64,000 nucleotides of DNA from Azolla caroliniana (GCA_043228905.1 JBHGNT010000001.1:24490001-24554000); one strand, 5' to 3'. Positions 1 to 13,600 are shown, numbered from the stretch's first letter. The notes: generated by a model not told the origin, from the letters alone. Made by a program: numbers and translations.

Positions 1-756
1 TGTTTCCCGAGTTATCAACAGGACGATTGGGCCGAGATTCTCCACTTTGCGGAGTTTGCATATAATAATGCTGTTCACTCCTCGACTCGAGTCTCCCCAT
101 TCTACGCTTATACCGGTTCTCATCCTCGCTGGTCGGTGATCGACACCCCGGAGCTACCTACCAATCCTCATGCCGGGGATCATTTGGAGAGACTACGCAA
201 GATCCAGACAGATCTCTCGACTCATCTTCGTCATGCTCAACCGACACAGAAGACTTACGCGGATCGTCATTGGCTTCCCTCCTCTTTTGCCATCGGAGAT
301 CGAGTATGGCTCTTACGTTGTCACATCAAGACTACTTGACCGTGCGACAAGTTGGATTATCGACGACTCGGTCCTTTCCGTATTACGGGTAAATTTAATG
401 ATGTCACATTCCGTCTTGATCTCCCTCAGCAGCTTCAGATACATCCGGTTTTCCATTGTTCTCTTCTTGAACCTTATAAAGCAAACACCATTCCCGATCG
501 TGTTACACCACCGCCGCCCCCGCTGGAGTTGGACGCCGGCCCGGAGTATGAAGTTGCTGCCATTCTCGATTCCAAACTTATTCGCAACAAACTTTATTAT
601 TTGGTCGATTGGGTTGGTTATAGTCCGAGAGAACGCACTTGGGAACCCGTCGAGCATGTTGCCAATGCTCAGGATCTGCTTGCTGATTTCCACCGAAAGT
701 ATCGGGACAAACCCGGTCCGCAATCAGTGCCGACTCGTTCCACTCGTCGTCTTTAA
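1..756 (+). pseudogene. Gypsy integrase C-terminus plus chromodomain (frameshift near 340)
   Basis: ORFs 136-339 and 352-756 carry GPY/F and chromodomain motifs. Confidence 0.9.
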
Positions 757-767
757 GGGGGAGATAG

Positions 768-1190
768 TGTCATGATATGGCAAGACTCGAACCCATGACC
801 TTATGGTATATGGGTCGAACTCTTAACCATCACACCATCTATTGTAATTCATAGGATATTATTTTCATTTATGTTTTATTATAAGAAAGTAATGTATATT
901 CCAGATTTCTCTGGAACATTCTAGAAGTTTCAGGATTACTCTTGACAACACTATAAAAGAAGGCACTAGGCATTATGTTGAACCAAATTGGTTCAACGCT
1001 AGTCTTAAGCCTCTCAGCCGCTTTGTACTTAATTTTTCACATAAAATATTAGCTGCTGTCATCATCTTTCTCTCTCTCTCCTCTTCTCACTTCCTCTCTC
1101 GGGAATCTTACGCAGTCCCGTCCTCTTAGTACTAATAGTACTTCTCTTCTTAGTACTAATTCCATCTCTACTTTAGTACTATTCCTAACA
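768..1190 (+). repeat. G1 3' LTR
   Basis: TG...CA ends, directly after PPT 755-767, TATA ctataaaag near 951. Confidence 0.8.
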
Positions 1191-4100
1191 GCTAGTATCT
1201 GTCTTGCCGGGCCCAAGTCTTTCATTGAGAAAGTTTGGTTGAGAGCCTTCTTCAGCATCCGTATTTTGGCTTGGTCCCGTCCGACGATCAACATGTCGTC
1301 CATGTACAGAAGGAGTATCAGGAAGTCGCCTCCTTCAAACTTCTTCACAAACACGCAATGATCAGTTTGCGTTTTGTGATACTCTTGGTCGGTCATGAAG
1401 GAGTCGAACTTCCGGTACCATTGTCAGGGAGCCTGCTTCAGTCCATACATGCTCTTCTTCAACCGGAAAACCAGGTGTTCCTTCCCTTTCTCCACTAATC
1501 CTTCCGGTTGCTACATGTAGATCTCCTCTTCGAGGTCACCGTGAAGGAATGCCGTCTTCACGTCTAGCTGCTCTACCTCGAGGTCCATGCTTGCCGCTAT
1601 ACTCAACACCGTTCGAATGGAAGTCATCTTTACTACCGGGGCAAATATCTCGTCGAAGTCCACGCCCTTCTTTTGCTGGAACCCCTTCACCACGATCCTG
1701 GCTTTGTATCTCGGGGGGTTGCCAGCATCTCTTGGTTTCAACTTGTACACCCACTTGTTTCGGAGTGCCCGCTTTCCTTTCGGAAACTCCACCAATTCGT
1801 ACGTATGTTTCTCATGCAGGGAATCCATCTCATCCTGCATGGCACTTAACCATTTGCGGCTATGGGTGTCACTTTTAGCTTCCTCGAAGCTTTTTGGCTC
1901 CCCCTCATCAGTTAGCAACACGTGCTCTGGATCCGGAAATCTCCGGGGGGCCCTTCTCTCTCTGAGAAGATATCTGCGTCCTTGGGCTTCGGTAACCGGC
2001 TCCTCCATTTACTCTTCATCCGAATCCGATTCGGGGTCTTGTTCGGTTTCGGTTTCACCTATTCCTTCTTCTTTGGCTGGTTTTGTCTCCTCAACATCAC
2101 TGGCCAATTCATCGAGTGCTAACCGACTTCTTGCCAGTTGGAACTGCATTTCATCAAATCGAAATTTTTCCTTACATGTCGACTCAGATGTTCATTATCT
2201 TCTTCTCGGACTCCCAGTCGGCGAGCGTCTTGTCCTCCATGAAGATAATATCTCGACTCCGGAATACTTTCTGGTCGACCGGGTCCCACACTCGGTAACC
2301 GAACTCATCGTCGCCGTAACCGAGGAATATGCATGGCCGGGTTTTCAGATCTAACTTTCCTCTTCGGTCCTTAGCTACATGCACATACGCAAGACACCCA
2401 AATACCTTTAGATGTCGGTAGGACGCTTCCTTACCGGTCCAGACTCTCTACGGCGTGTCTCCGTCCAAGGGTACTGAGGGTGATCTATTTATCACATATG
2501 TCGCCGTCGACAGTGCCTTAGCCCAAAATGTCTTGGGTAATTTTGAATGCACCAGCATACTCCGAACCCTCTCCATTATGGTCCGGTTCATCCTCTCGGC
2601 TAGCCCGTTTAGTTCTAGCGTCTTCGACACGGTAAATTCGAGCCGTATTCCCTTCGAGCGACAGTACTCCTCGAACTGCCCCCGATATTCTCCTCCGTTA
2701 TCTGCTCGAACCGCCTTCAGCTTCCGTCCGGTTTCTCTTTCCACTCTCGCTTGGAGTTTTTTGAAGACGGATAGCACCTGATCCTTCGTCTTCAACGGTG
2801 TGGCCCATAACTTCCGGCTGTGGTCGTCTATGAACATCACAAAGTACTACGAACTAGCATGTGACGTCGTGTTCACTTGACACACATTAGTATGCACCAA
2901 CTCCAGTGGTGCATTACGTCTCATCGGTGGCCTCAATCGGAAGGAGGTCCGGTTTTGTTTACCGGCCGGACAATCAGTGCACTTTTCCAAGTGCTCGTTC
3001 TTCACTGGAATGAGGTTGTCGTCTGCAAGCTTCTTCATCCCATTCTCGTTCATGTGACACAACCTCTTGTGCCACAGCTCACCGGTAGTGTCGGATGCCA
3101 CGTTCACTTCTTCCGGACATAACCGGGCATTCATCAAGTACAAAGTGTTGACTTTCCGGGCCCGAGCCACAATCAAGCTCCCTTTGCTGAACTTCATAAC
3201 ACCGTTCCGGATGCTACCCGTGTAGCCTTCATCATCTAACCGACCAACTGATATTAGGTTCAATCAAACCTCCGGAACATGTCGAACATCCTTCAGCAAC
3301 ATCTTGCATCCGGTTGATGTCGTCAACCACACATCTCCTATGCCGACAATTCGGCATGTACCTTCATTCCCCATTCGAACACGGCCGTGGTCACCGGCCG
3401 AGTAGGATGAGATGCATTTTCTATCCGGGATCAGGTGGAACGACGCTCCGGAATCGACCACCCAGGTCTTCTCGTCATTGATAAGCATTAGCTCCTCTTC
3501 GTTTGCCGCGATTGCCGTCGTTCCTTTCCAGTCTTGCCCTCGCCGATCCGAACCGTTTCGGTCCGATGACTTCTTCGATTGGTATTGTCTATTTCCTTGT
3601 GTTTCCGGAGATGCCGACAGTTCTTTTGGAAGTGCCCCGGCTTCCCGTAGTAGAAGCAAGTGGGCCTCCCTCTTGACTTTTACCGTGTCCTAGATTTTTC
3701 CCGGTTCTGGGGACTTTGGTTCCTTTTTCTTCCATGTTCCGATTCGGAAAGGAGCGTTTTTGAGTCGGGGATCAGTTCCTTGTCCTTTCGACGCGCCTCC
3801 TCGTTCAGGATGCTTGTCTTCACCGTCTGCAAAGACAAGTTCTCTTCTTGGTAGGAGGTGCTGAGAGTAACCACCAAGTTCTCCCAGCTTTCCGGCAACG
3901 TACACATCAGCATGATTGCCTACATTGCATCATCCATGGGGAACTTGATCGCTGCAAATTGATTTACATACCCCATGAATGTGCTTATGTGTTCAACCAT
4001 GCTCTCGTCGTCTCTGTATTTCAGGTTTACTATTTTCCTCATCAATGAGGTTCTGTTGAGCGCATTCTTCCTCTCGTAAAGACCTAACAGCTTCTGCCAC

Positions 4101-4899
4101 ATCTCGTGGGCATTCGTGTCGTTCGCCACGTGCTGAAGGACACTTACGTCGACACACTATCGGATAGTGGCCACGGCTTTCCTATTCAGAAGCTTCCAAT
4201 CCGACTCCAATACCCCCTTTGGTATTTCCTATCTGTCGATTGGCTCGTATAGGTCTTTTACAATGAGAAGGTCTTCCATCTTAATCTTCCAGTTTGCATA
4301 GTTCTGTGAATTTAGAACCATCATACCTGGGAAGCCGCTCCCGCCTCCTTCCATTTTCTGTGTTACCTGCTCTGATACCGGTTTGTAGTTCAAAAACGTT
4401 GTCGGCCACAACTGGTTTTGCATGTGCGGAATAATAGTCAATCTAATGGAAAGGAAAAACAGAATACAGAAACTGAGAATGACACAGATTTTGACGTGGA
4501 AACCCGAACTGGGAAAAACCATGTGGAGTCCACAAACTTTGAAACAGAACACTATGAGAGAAAGGAATACAATCAGAGATCTCAGAGGCAACGTCCTCGA
4601 GATCCTGCTTCGCCAACAAGCGGCTATGGAGCTCACACGCTTCCACTCACACTCATTCACTGTCACAGTTACGGAGGCAACAACCTCGTCAACAATAACT
4701 TTTCAATAATGCACTTATCTAAAATGATCGCCCTAAGTACTTATATACTAATGTAACGTTTTGACTATTTACAAGTTTAGCCTTCCGTGTTGGCTATCTC
4801 CACGATTTCCGGTTTTGGCCTTGGCCGATAAGCCTCGGCCGAGCTGCTCATCAAAACGGTTCTTCTCACTTCCCATCTTGAGGGACCTGTTTCCTAACA
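1191..4899 (-). mobile_element. A1: Tnt1/Tork-like Copia (gag-PR-INT-RT, degenerate); 3' part lies left of the window
   Basis: gag (NYANWKIKMEDLL), PR WVVDSGAS, INT (ADNGGEY, NGLAERMNRT), RT (QLDVKTAFLHGDL, LLYMDDML); mutated iMet PBS 4369-4380; LTR 4384-4899. Confidence 0.92.
4384..4899 (-). repeat. A1 5' LTR
   Basis: tgtagtt...ttcctaaca beside the PBS; has the family motif gtggaaaacc...aaaaaccac/tg. Confidence 0.8.
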
Positions 4900-4990
4900 T
4901 CGATAGCATGTCAGCCATGGCGTTCTTCTTTCTTGCAATGTGGGCGATACACCTTAGCAAGCTAGATCTGGTGTCGCACACCCTAAGATC

Positions 4991-5517
4991 TTTGTGGAAT
5001 AGTGCTCAACCACAATTGAGACTCAAACACTTTATGAAAGAACAAAACAGAAATGGAGGTTTGTACAATTACACAGAAGAGACGACATAAGATGTTTATG
5101 TGGAAAACCCTAGTAGGGGAAAAAACCACGGGAGCCCACAGACTCCAACTATCACTATAGGAGAAAAGAGTACAACGGGAGACTCAAAGGCAACGACCTC
5201 GAGCTCTGCATTTTCGCCAACCGGCAATTACAATAGAAACTGGTTCAACTTCTCTTCTCTCTCTCTCTCTCTCTCTCTCAGTCTATTTCTCTCTCAGTAC
5301 AACAATGACACAACTAACAACAACATATTGAAGTGATTTCCCTACAAATATAGCCTTTACAGGCACACCATAAATATATTTGCAGATATGTCCCTGGATC
5401 CGGTTCACACCGGATTCATTCGGATACCTTCCGGTCTGGTCCGATTGCTGCATTCGGTCCGGTTCCTTCCTTTGGCTCGTCTGATCCGGCTCCTCAGGAG
5501 GGACTGAATTCCCAGCA
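4991..5517 (-). repeat. A2 3' LTR
   Basis: Direct repeat of 9166-9671. Confidence 0.88.
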
Positions 5518-8500
5518 AACTCCGTGTGGATCTTCGTTAGCGCGAAGTCTTGATCTTCTACCTTCTCTCGGAGCCAATGATATCTTCTCTGGATGTGCTT
5601 GGTTCGGGAATGGTAGACCGCATTCTTAGCAAGGTGGATGGCACTTTGGCTGTCGTAGTAGAGCCGGTATTCCTCTTGTTGGATCCCTAGCTCTCCGATG
5701 AAGTCCTTCATCCAGATTACTTCCTTTCCGGCTTCCACAACTGCCATGTACTCCGTTTCCGTTGTTGACAATGCAACGAACTTCTATAGCTTCGATTGTC
5801 ACGATACGGATCCCCCTGCATATGTCATGACGTATCCGGATGTGGAATGGTTGGTATCCGCATCAGCCGACATATCCGAATCCGTAAAGCCTTCAAGTTG
5901 GGGTTTACCTGAGCTGAACCGGAGGCACATACTTGAGGTGCCTTTCAAGTACTGGAGTATCCACTTGACCGCGTTCAAGTGTTCTCTTCCTGGATTGCTC
6001 ATGAACCGGCTGACCACTCCGACTGCGTATCCGATATCTGGTCGGGTGCACACCATCGCATACATCAAGCTTCCGACGATAGAGGCATATGGTATCTTCA
6101 TCATATCCGACTTCTTTGCCTTTGTCTTCGGGTTCTGCTATCCGGACAACTTGCAGTTTGCCGGAACTGTTGACCCAACCGGCATCGCATCCGACATGTT
6201 GAACCGTTTAAGCACATTTGTCACGTACTTCTCCTGTGACAGCCATATCAATTTCATCGACCGGTCCCGGATTATGTGCATCCCCAGTATCCGTCTCGCC
6301 GGACCCAAATCTTTCATTGAGAAGGTCCGGTTCAAAGCCTTCTTTAGATTTCCAATTTTGGTTCGGTCCGGTCTGACGATCAACATGTCATCTACATACA
6401 GTAGGAGTATCAGGAAGTCACCTCCATCAAATTTCTTCACAAACACGCAGTGGTCAGCTTGCGTCTTGTGGTACCCTTGGTCGAAATCCACTCCTTTCTT
6501 CTGTTAAAAACCCTTCACCACGATCCGGGCCTTGTACCTCGGTGGATTTCCGACGTCTCCCGATTTCAGCTTGTACACCCACTTGTTCCGGAGTGCCCTC
6601 TTTCCTTTCGGCAACTCCGTCAGTTCATATGTGGGGTTCTAATGCAGGGAATCCATCTCGTCCTCCATGGCACTCAACCACATGCAGCTGTGGGTGTCTT
6701 TCTTTGCTTCTTCGAAGCTTTCCGGCTCCCCCTCCTCGGTCAGCAATACGTGCTCTGCATCCGGAAATCTCTGGGGGGCTCTTCTCTCTCTGAGAGGGTA
6801 TCTCCGTCCTTGGTCTTCAACTACTGGTTCCTCCGTTTGTTCTTCATCTGAATCTGATTTGGGGTCTTGACCAGTTCTGGTGTCCAAAACTTTATCTTTG
6901 GTAGGTCCAGATTCTTGTCCGACTCTGACAGGTTCTTTGAGTGTCGTCCGGCTTCCGGCTGGATGAGTCCTCACGTCTTTCGACCGATCTCTATCGGTCA
7001 ATCCGGAGTCCGCTATCTTCTTCTCCGACTCCCAGTCGGAAATAGTCTTGTGTTCCATGAAGACTATGTCTCGACTCCGGAACACCTTCTTGTCGACCAA
7101 GTCCCACACTTGGTATCCGAACTCATTATCGTTGTATCCAATGAATATGCATGGCCGAGACTTCGGATCCAACTTTGCTCTCTTATCCTTTGCAACATGC
7201 ACATAAGCGAGACAACCGAATACCTTTAGATGCCGGTAAGACACGTCTTTACCGGTCCATACTCTCTGTGGCATGTCTCCTTCCAAGGGTGTCGAGGGTG
7301 ATCTGTTAATCACGTACGTCGCCGTCATCAGCGCGTCAACCCAAAACATCTTGGATAACTTTGCATGTGCTAGCATGCTTCAAACTCTCTCCACTATGGT
7401 TCGGTTCATCCGTTTAGCTAGCCTGTTCAATTTCGGGGTCTTCGACACGGTGAATTCAAGACGGATTCCCTTCGACTTGCAGTACTCCTCGAACTACCCC
7501 TGATATTCGCCTCTGTTATCTACTTGAACTGCCTTTAGCTTCCGGCTGGTTTCCCTTTCCACTCTTGTTTGGAGCTCCTTGAAGACGGACAATACCTGAT
7601 CCTTCGTCTTCAATGGTGAGACCCATAACTTCCGGCTGTAGTCGTCTATAAACGGCACGAAGTACTGCAATCCGGCATGTGACTTCGTGTCCACTTGACA
7701 CACATTGGTATGCACCAACTCTATTGTTGCATTCCGTCTCATAGGTGTTCTTGACCAGAAGCAGGTTCGGTTTTGCTTACCGGCCAAGCAATCAGTGCAC
7801 TTCTCATGATGCATGTCTGTCATCTCCGAAATGAGGTTATCTTCGGCAAGTCTTCTCATCCCCTTCTGGCTCATATGACACGGTCTCTTGTGCCACAACT
7901 CACTGACATTGTTGGATGGTACGTTCACTTCTTCCCAACATATCCCGGCGTGCATCAGGTACAATGTGTTGATCTTCTAGGCTTGAGACACGATCAGGCT
8001 TCCTTTGCTGAATTTCATGACTCTGTTTCGGATGCTACCCGTGTAGCCTTCATCATCTAGCCGACCGACTGATATTAGGTTCAACCGAACCTTTGGAACG
8101 TGTCAGACATCCTTCAGTAGCAACTTGCACCCGGTTGATGTCGTCAACCACACATCTCCTATGCCGACAATTCGGCATGACCCTTCATTCCCCATCCGGA
8201 CACAGCTAAGATCTCTAGCTTTGTAGGACGAGAAGCATTTCCGGTCCAATGTCAGGTGGAATGATGCTCCGGAATTGACAACCCACGTTGTCTCATCGCT
8301 GACAAGGTTTAATTCATTCTCCTCGGTGATGAGTAGTAGTTCTTCTTCACTTGTTGCGATCGCCGACGTTCCTTTCCGATCCGGACCTCTCCGATCCAAA
8401 CCATTTTGGTCCAAACTCTTCTTTGAATCGGTGGTGTCGGCCCCTTTCCCTTTCCGAAAATGCCAACAGTTCTTCTAGAAGTGCCTCGGCTTCCCACAGT

Positions 8501-9165
8501 AGAAGCAAGCAGGCCTCACCCTTGTCTTCGATCTCGTCCCCGATTTGTCCCGGTTTTGGGGACTCCAATTTCGGCATCTTCCCTAGTTTTGGTCATCTTC
8601 CGTAACCAAAGCCTTCGGTTCGGTTCTGGATTCCCAATCCTTCCGGCGAACTTCTTCATCTAGCAAGCTTGATTTTACCCTTGCAAGGGACAACTGCTTT
8701 CCTTCCGGCCCGACATTGCCCAAAGTGACAACTAGCGTCTCCCAACTATCTAGGAGGGAACCGAGCAGGAGCAATGCAAGAATGCGTTTATGTGCTCCGC
8801 CATGCTGGAGCCGTCCTGGTACTGGAGTCTCACTAACATCTGGAATACCGAAACCCGATTTACAACATTTTTGCTCTCTAGCATGGTGCCGATTTTCTCC
8901 CATAGCACATGAGCGTTACTTTCTTCATTGAAGTTGTTGTACAGGCTCATGTCGATGAAGCACCGACGTCTTCATGTGCATCACCTCCCATGTCGTGGCA
9001 TCGATCTTGTCCGGTTTCTTGTCCCCGAACTATACTGACAACCAGAGATCTTTGACCACGAGCATGTCCCTCATCTTCGACTTCCACACTGGGTAATTGG
9101 AGCTAGCAAGCTTGAACATGCTTCCGAATGACTCTTCCATTTTCTTGTTCGCTTTGATACCAGTT

Positions 9166-9671
9166 TGTGCGGAATAACGCTCGGCCACAACCGAGACTCA
9201 AACACTTAATGAAAAAACAAAACATAAATGGAGGTTCGTACACTTACACAGAAGAGACGACACAGGATGTTTACGTGGAATACCCGAGTAGAGGAAAAAA
9301 CCACGGGAGCCCACAAACTCCAACTATCACTATAGTAGAAAAGAGTACAACGGGAGACTCAGAGGCAATGACTTCAAGCTCTGTATCTTCACCAACCGGC
9401 GGTTACAATAGAAATTGGTTCAACTTCTCTTCTCTGTCTCTCTCTCACTCTGTACAACAATGATACAACTAACAACAACATATTGAAGTGATTTCCCTAA
9501 GTCATATTTATAATTATATAGCCTTTACAGGCACACCAGAAACATATTTGCAGATATGTCCCTGGATCCGGTTCACACTGGATCCATCCGGATACCTTCC
9601 AGTCCGGTTCGGTTGCTGCATCCGGTCTGGTTCCTTCCTTTGGCTCGTCCGGAGGGACCGAATTCCCAACA
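9166..9671 (-). repeat. A2 5' LTR
   Basis: TG...CA, adjacent to PBS. Confidence 0.9.
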
Positions 9672-10205
9672 ATATTATCTCCAGGATTGGGAGACAATCC
9701 GTCTCAATTGTTACTTCCGACCCGATCAGGTAGTCTTTGTCTATCTTCACCGCAAACACAATACCCCAAAGTTCCCGCTTGGCTTGGGTGTATCCTTGCT
9801 GTTGTTCGCCGAGGACCTTTGCTCCTTCTTGGTTGATGACCTACCCAATTCTAGTTGGGTTCGTATCCACAATCACATAAATAAGCTTTTCTTCAGTATA
9901 GTCGGCCTTAGTGTTGGAGCTTCAAGAAGTAGTTTCATCAATCATCGTATCGTGTTTGTATGCTCCTCTCGCCATTCAAACTTCTTTCTTTTCTTTGGCA
10001 ATCCATATAATGGCTCGATGACATGAGCATAGTGCGGAATCCAGATATGATAAAAGGCACACGCTCCGAAGAATCTTCACACCTCTGTCTGGGATATACA
10101 TTCTTCACGCATCTCTTGAATAACATTCACCTTCTCAGGAGAGGGTTTCCGTCCGTATGGTCCGCAAAGATGTCCCACTACTAGGACCTTGCGTTGGCCG
10201 AATGC

Positions 10206-11161
10206 TTATTTTTCTCCGGAGAATGTGAGCTCGGCTTCTTCTAGTCTTTGTAGCACTCTCTTGCAGTCTTCAATATGGTTTGAAACAAATCGTTGACCTC
10301 CATCTTGATCTAAAGACTCGTCCTTTTCTGATTCAGGGCACCCTTTTATAGGGATATCATCGAGGAAAGGCATTGTAATATCTGGGATACAGTCTCTTAG
10401 TGCTTTGTTCATGACATTCACCATGTGTGCTACAGAGTTGGTTGCACCTTGAGGTAGGGTGCACATCCGTACCAATCCAATCAGAGTTCTCATTGTTGTG
10501 ATGTCTCTGTTGCCGACTACTAGTTGAAAATGATCGGAGCCTGAGAAGAGATCACCAATAGAATAAATGGACTTCCCGCAAATGCTTCTGCGAACTCATC
10601 GATACTTGGACCAATCCCGACATTGTGGATCGTCACATTATTCACGAGTTGAAGATCTTGTATGAACCTTAAGGTTCCATTCTTCTTTGGTACTATGAAC
10701 CACCTATTCAAGTAAGGAGCATTCGATGGCTCTAGAATTCCCATCTCGACCTTCTCCTTCAAGAGCTTGATTAATTTTGGAACCTGTGCTCTTGGGACTA
10801 GTATCGGCTTCAGGTTCCACAACACATGTGGTATTATGAATATCACCATCGGTTCTATTATCTTTGGATCGGCGCATCCGATTTCATTTGGATAGAAAGC
10901 AAATGCTTTCCCATGTCCTTCGAGCATTTCCCGAAATGCAACTTCATCTTCTAGCAAAAGAAATTCTTCTTTCCCGACAAGAAGCTTTTCTCTTGTCTCT
11001 TTAGTGAAGGCATGTCTGACTCCTCTCGGATCCTGTAGGCTTGGATCACGTGCAACTTCCTTCATTCTTTGCCAGCTATCCTTAGGTAGTGGAATAACAA
11101 CAAGCTTTACTTTCTTGTCCATTGTCTTATATTTCGTATTAAATTTGACTTTCTCTGCCAT
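10206..11161 (-). pseudogene. P1 reverse transcriptase (frameshifted)
   Basis: WFIVPKKNGTLRFIQDL, LPQGATNS and PFLDDIPIKG motifs. Confidence 0.88.
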
Positions 11162-12437
11162 GATACTTTGACTTTCTCTACCATGATACTTTGACTATAC
11201 TCCTCGATGGCAATGTACATGTCGATGGAGTTTATCAGAATTGATCACTGGCTACAAGGGCCCAAGTCCATGACATTCTCCATTTCACCAATGGTGTCGT
11301 TAAATGAGGCTTACTCCATTACCCATTCGATGCTTTCATCTCTTTCCAATATTTGCTCTTCTCTTAAGGTTTCCTCGAAGCTTTTCATTCGAGACTTCTC
11401 TTCTTTGTCAAACGTGCTGATTTTGCACACTCCATTAGGGGCTACGTACAACCCTCCTTTCGCAAGTTCGCAAAATTTTCTTTCTTCTTGGGGCATACGC
11501 TTACTTGGATTATTCACGCCCTCCTCAAAAATAGCCCGCCCTACAAATCAGAAGCATATTCTCCGAGACAATCCTGATTCCTTTTCGTGGTTGGCACGTA
11601 CAACCAAGAATTGTATGACCTTCTTCCCATCAAGCCTCCTTACTCGAGCAAATGCCGCACCATTGTCAAACACTTTGGTTTCCATCCGGGAAGAAGTTAT
11701 GTATGGTTGCCCAAGAATGATAGGATGGAATGCTGAATCTTGAACAAAAAAATGTTGATCTATCTCGACATCGCCAATCGTGATGGGGATATTAAGACAT
11801 CCACCATATAGGTCTTCAGTAGCTTTCGTAGTTGCACGGATCTTCCACCCATGATTCATATTTATGGGTCATCTTCCCTTTTTGTAGACCTCAGTCGACA
11901 TAAGGTTGATCTTTTTGATGGGCTATCTTGCCCTTCCATTATTTTTCTCTTTTCATCCACAAAAAGCTCGTGGTTGTCACACATCACTTCCCCGAGTATG
12001 GTGTTGTCATCTACCAAATCCAACCATCCACTGATACTTTGTACACTTCAGTCCGCAAGCTCCACATCATTCGAAGTAACTTTGCCCTTCTTCTTACACT
12101 CGAGAACAGAAGACCAAAACTTTGTTCCCGTTCTAGTAGCTTCATTTTTATCTTTCCCGACTCTTATTCCGGCCGATGCAACATAGTGCATCGCATCCAC
12201 ATGAGTTGCCTCAGCATCTTCCATAGCTTTCTTCATTCCCCTTCTTCCGAAATTCATCCGCAGGGGTCTTCAAGTTTCACTCGAGCAGATCATGTTGTCA
12301 TCCATGTATATGATATTTTGTCGGATGGCCTCTTGAAGGTTCACGCACTCCCTTCTCATGTGGTCCATGCTGTCGCACCACACACATCTAAAGGGTTCTT
12401 TTCCTTTTGGGCCCCGACGATTAATGTTCACTAGGGT

Positions 12438-13600
12438 TGTTGCGGAATTCCGCGCTTGCATGTCGGATCCGGGCGGGACCACCAGGGTCATGAACCAAAA
12501 GGGGAGGAGTTGCCAAGGACCTGAATCCTTCGGGGCTTGCCGCGTTGCCGGCTGGTTCGATACCGGATACTCTCCGGACGCGATCGGTAACTGCACGGGA
12601 AGCGAGAGAGCGTGCCCTTGTCCTTGCCGCCCCTTTCGCCCGTATGTACAAGTGGCCCAAAAGAGTCACGAGACACGGCCCGGTTAACCGCGTCCGCGCA
12701 CACGCACACACACATATACACACCCGGTTACAACCGGCACCTCTACAACGGCGATCACACACGCACCCGCTCTCAAACCCTACGCTAACTGGAGACACAC
12801 ACACACCTACACACACAATGCTTGCTGCGATGCCAGTTCCACACGGAGAGGAAGAGGGAGCCTGCATCCTAGGGCCGGTCGAGGAGCTCTCGGGCTCGTC
12901 CACGCAATGGGACCCTCGTGCAGGGCACGCCTCTTCTAGAACGACCGCCCCCTGTGCCAAGACGCCTTCAAGGAGCGCACGGGCTCGCTGAATCGAGTGG
13001 GGTCTTGTGCGCCAAGGAGGGAGACCTGCCAACGAACCACCTAGAGCGCGGGCTCTGCATAGGATAGGAGCCAGGAACTACACACACACTCGTAGACATG
13101 CCGGACAGTGAAGTGCTGAGAGCCAATGAGCAGGAACTCGGGGAAACCACAGATAGTCCGCACGCCGCCTTCCACAACCGAACACACCGCCTACGCACTC
13201 ACACAGAAGACACCGAAACCCTAATAGAGAATAGAGACAACACACACACCAAGATGAAGAGAAGACAAAAAAGATGTTATACTTCGAAGTTATTAACACC
13301 AAAAAAAATGGAACGTATGGAACCTCAAAATGAGGAACAAAACTGTTTGGGACGCAATGGGTGGGAACCCTAGTACAAGACGCACACCCTCCCTTTTATA
13401 GAACAAGGTGAGGGTCACATGATTATGTTGGATATATCCTGACTTACCTGGGATTCTCTATCCCAAATTAACTCCTATTCGGCGCCATAAAGGCACCCCT
13501 ATTGTTCACACATTTTTACAAGGGTGAGTGCACATGCTCCACCCCGCCGATTCTTCTGACATTACCCGGTTTCTCACCATGGCCGGGAATCTTCACGACA
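12438..13600 (-). repeat. B1 3' LTR
   Basis: tgttgcggaattcc...cttcacgaca; matches 16450-17362 and the reverse complement of 46664-47826. Confidence 0.9.

Larger units (their letters stand above)
1..1190 (+). mobile_element. G1: 3' end of a Ty3/Gypsy chromovirus (Tcn1/Tf1-like), inserted in the RT of Copia A1
   Basis: Integrase C-terminus (GPF..., IHPVFHCSLLEPY) and chromodomain (EYEVAAILDS...YLVDWVGY...TWEP), then PPT aagggggagatag and LTR tgtcat...cctaaca; Copia RT resumes at 1191. Confidence 0.9.
4991..9671 (-). mobile_element. A2: near full-length degenerate Tnt1/Tork-like Copia
   Basis: LTRs 4991-5517 and 9166-9671; iMet PBS 9151-9162; gag, PR, INT, RT and RH fragments; degenerate TSD agatc/atatt; removing it restores the P1 RNase H sequence LEIISGCAT. 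Confidence 0.92.

Noticed and set aside
1587-6507. Long + strand ORFs (1587-2354, 5698-6507) as genes
   Set aside because: They are antisense shadows of Copia pol frames.
12421-13373. ORFs inside B-family LTRs
   Set aside because: GC/CA-rich LTR sequence; frames are not consistently preserved among the three LTR copies and have no domains.
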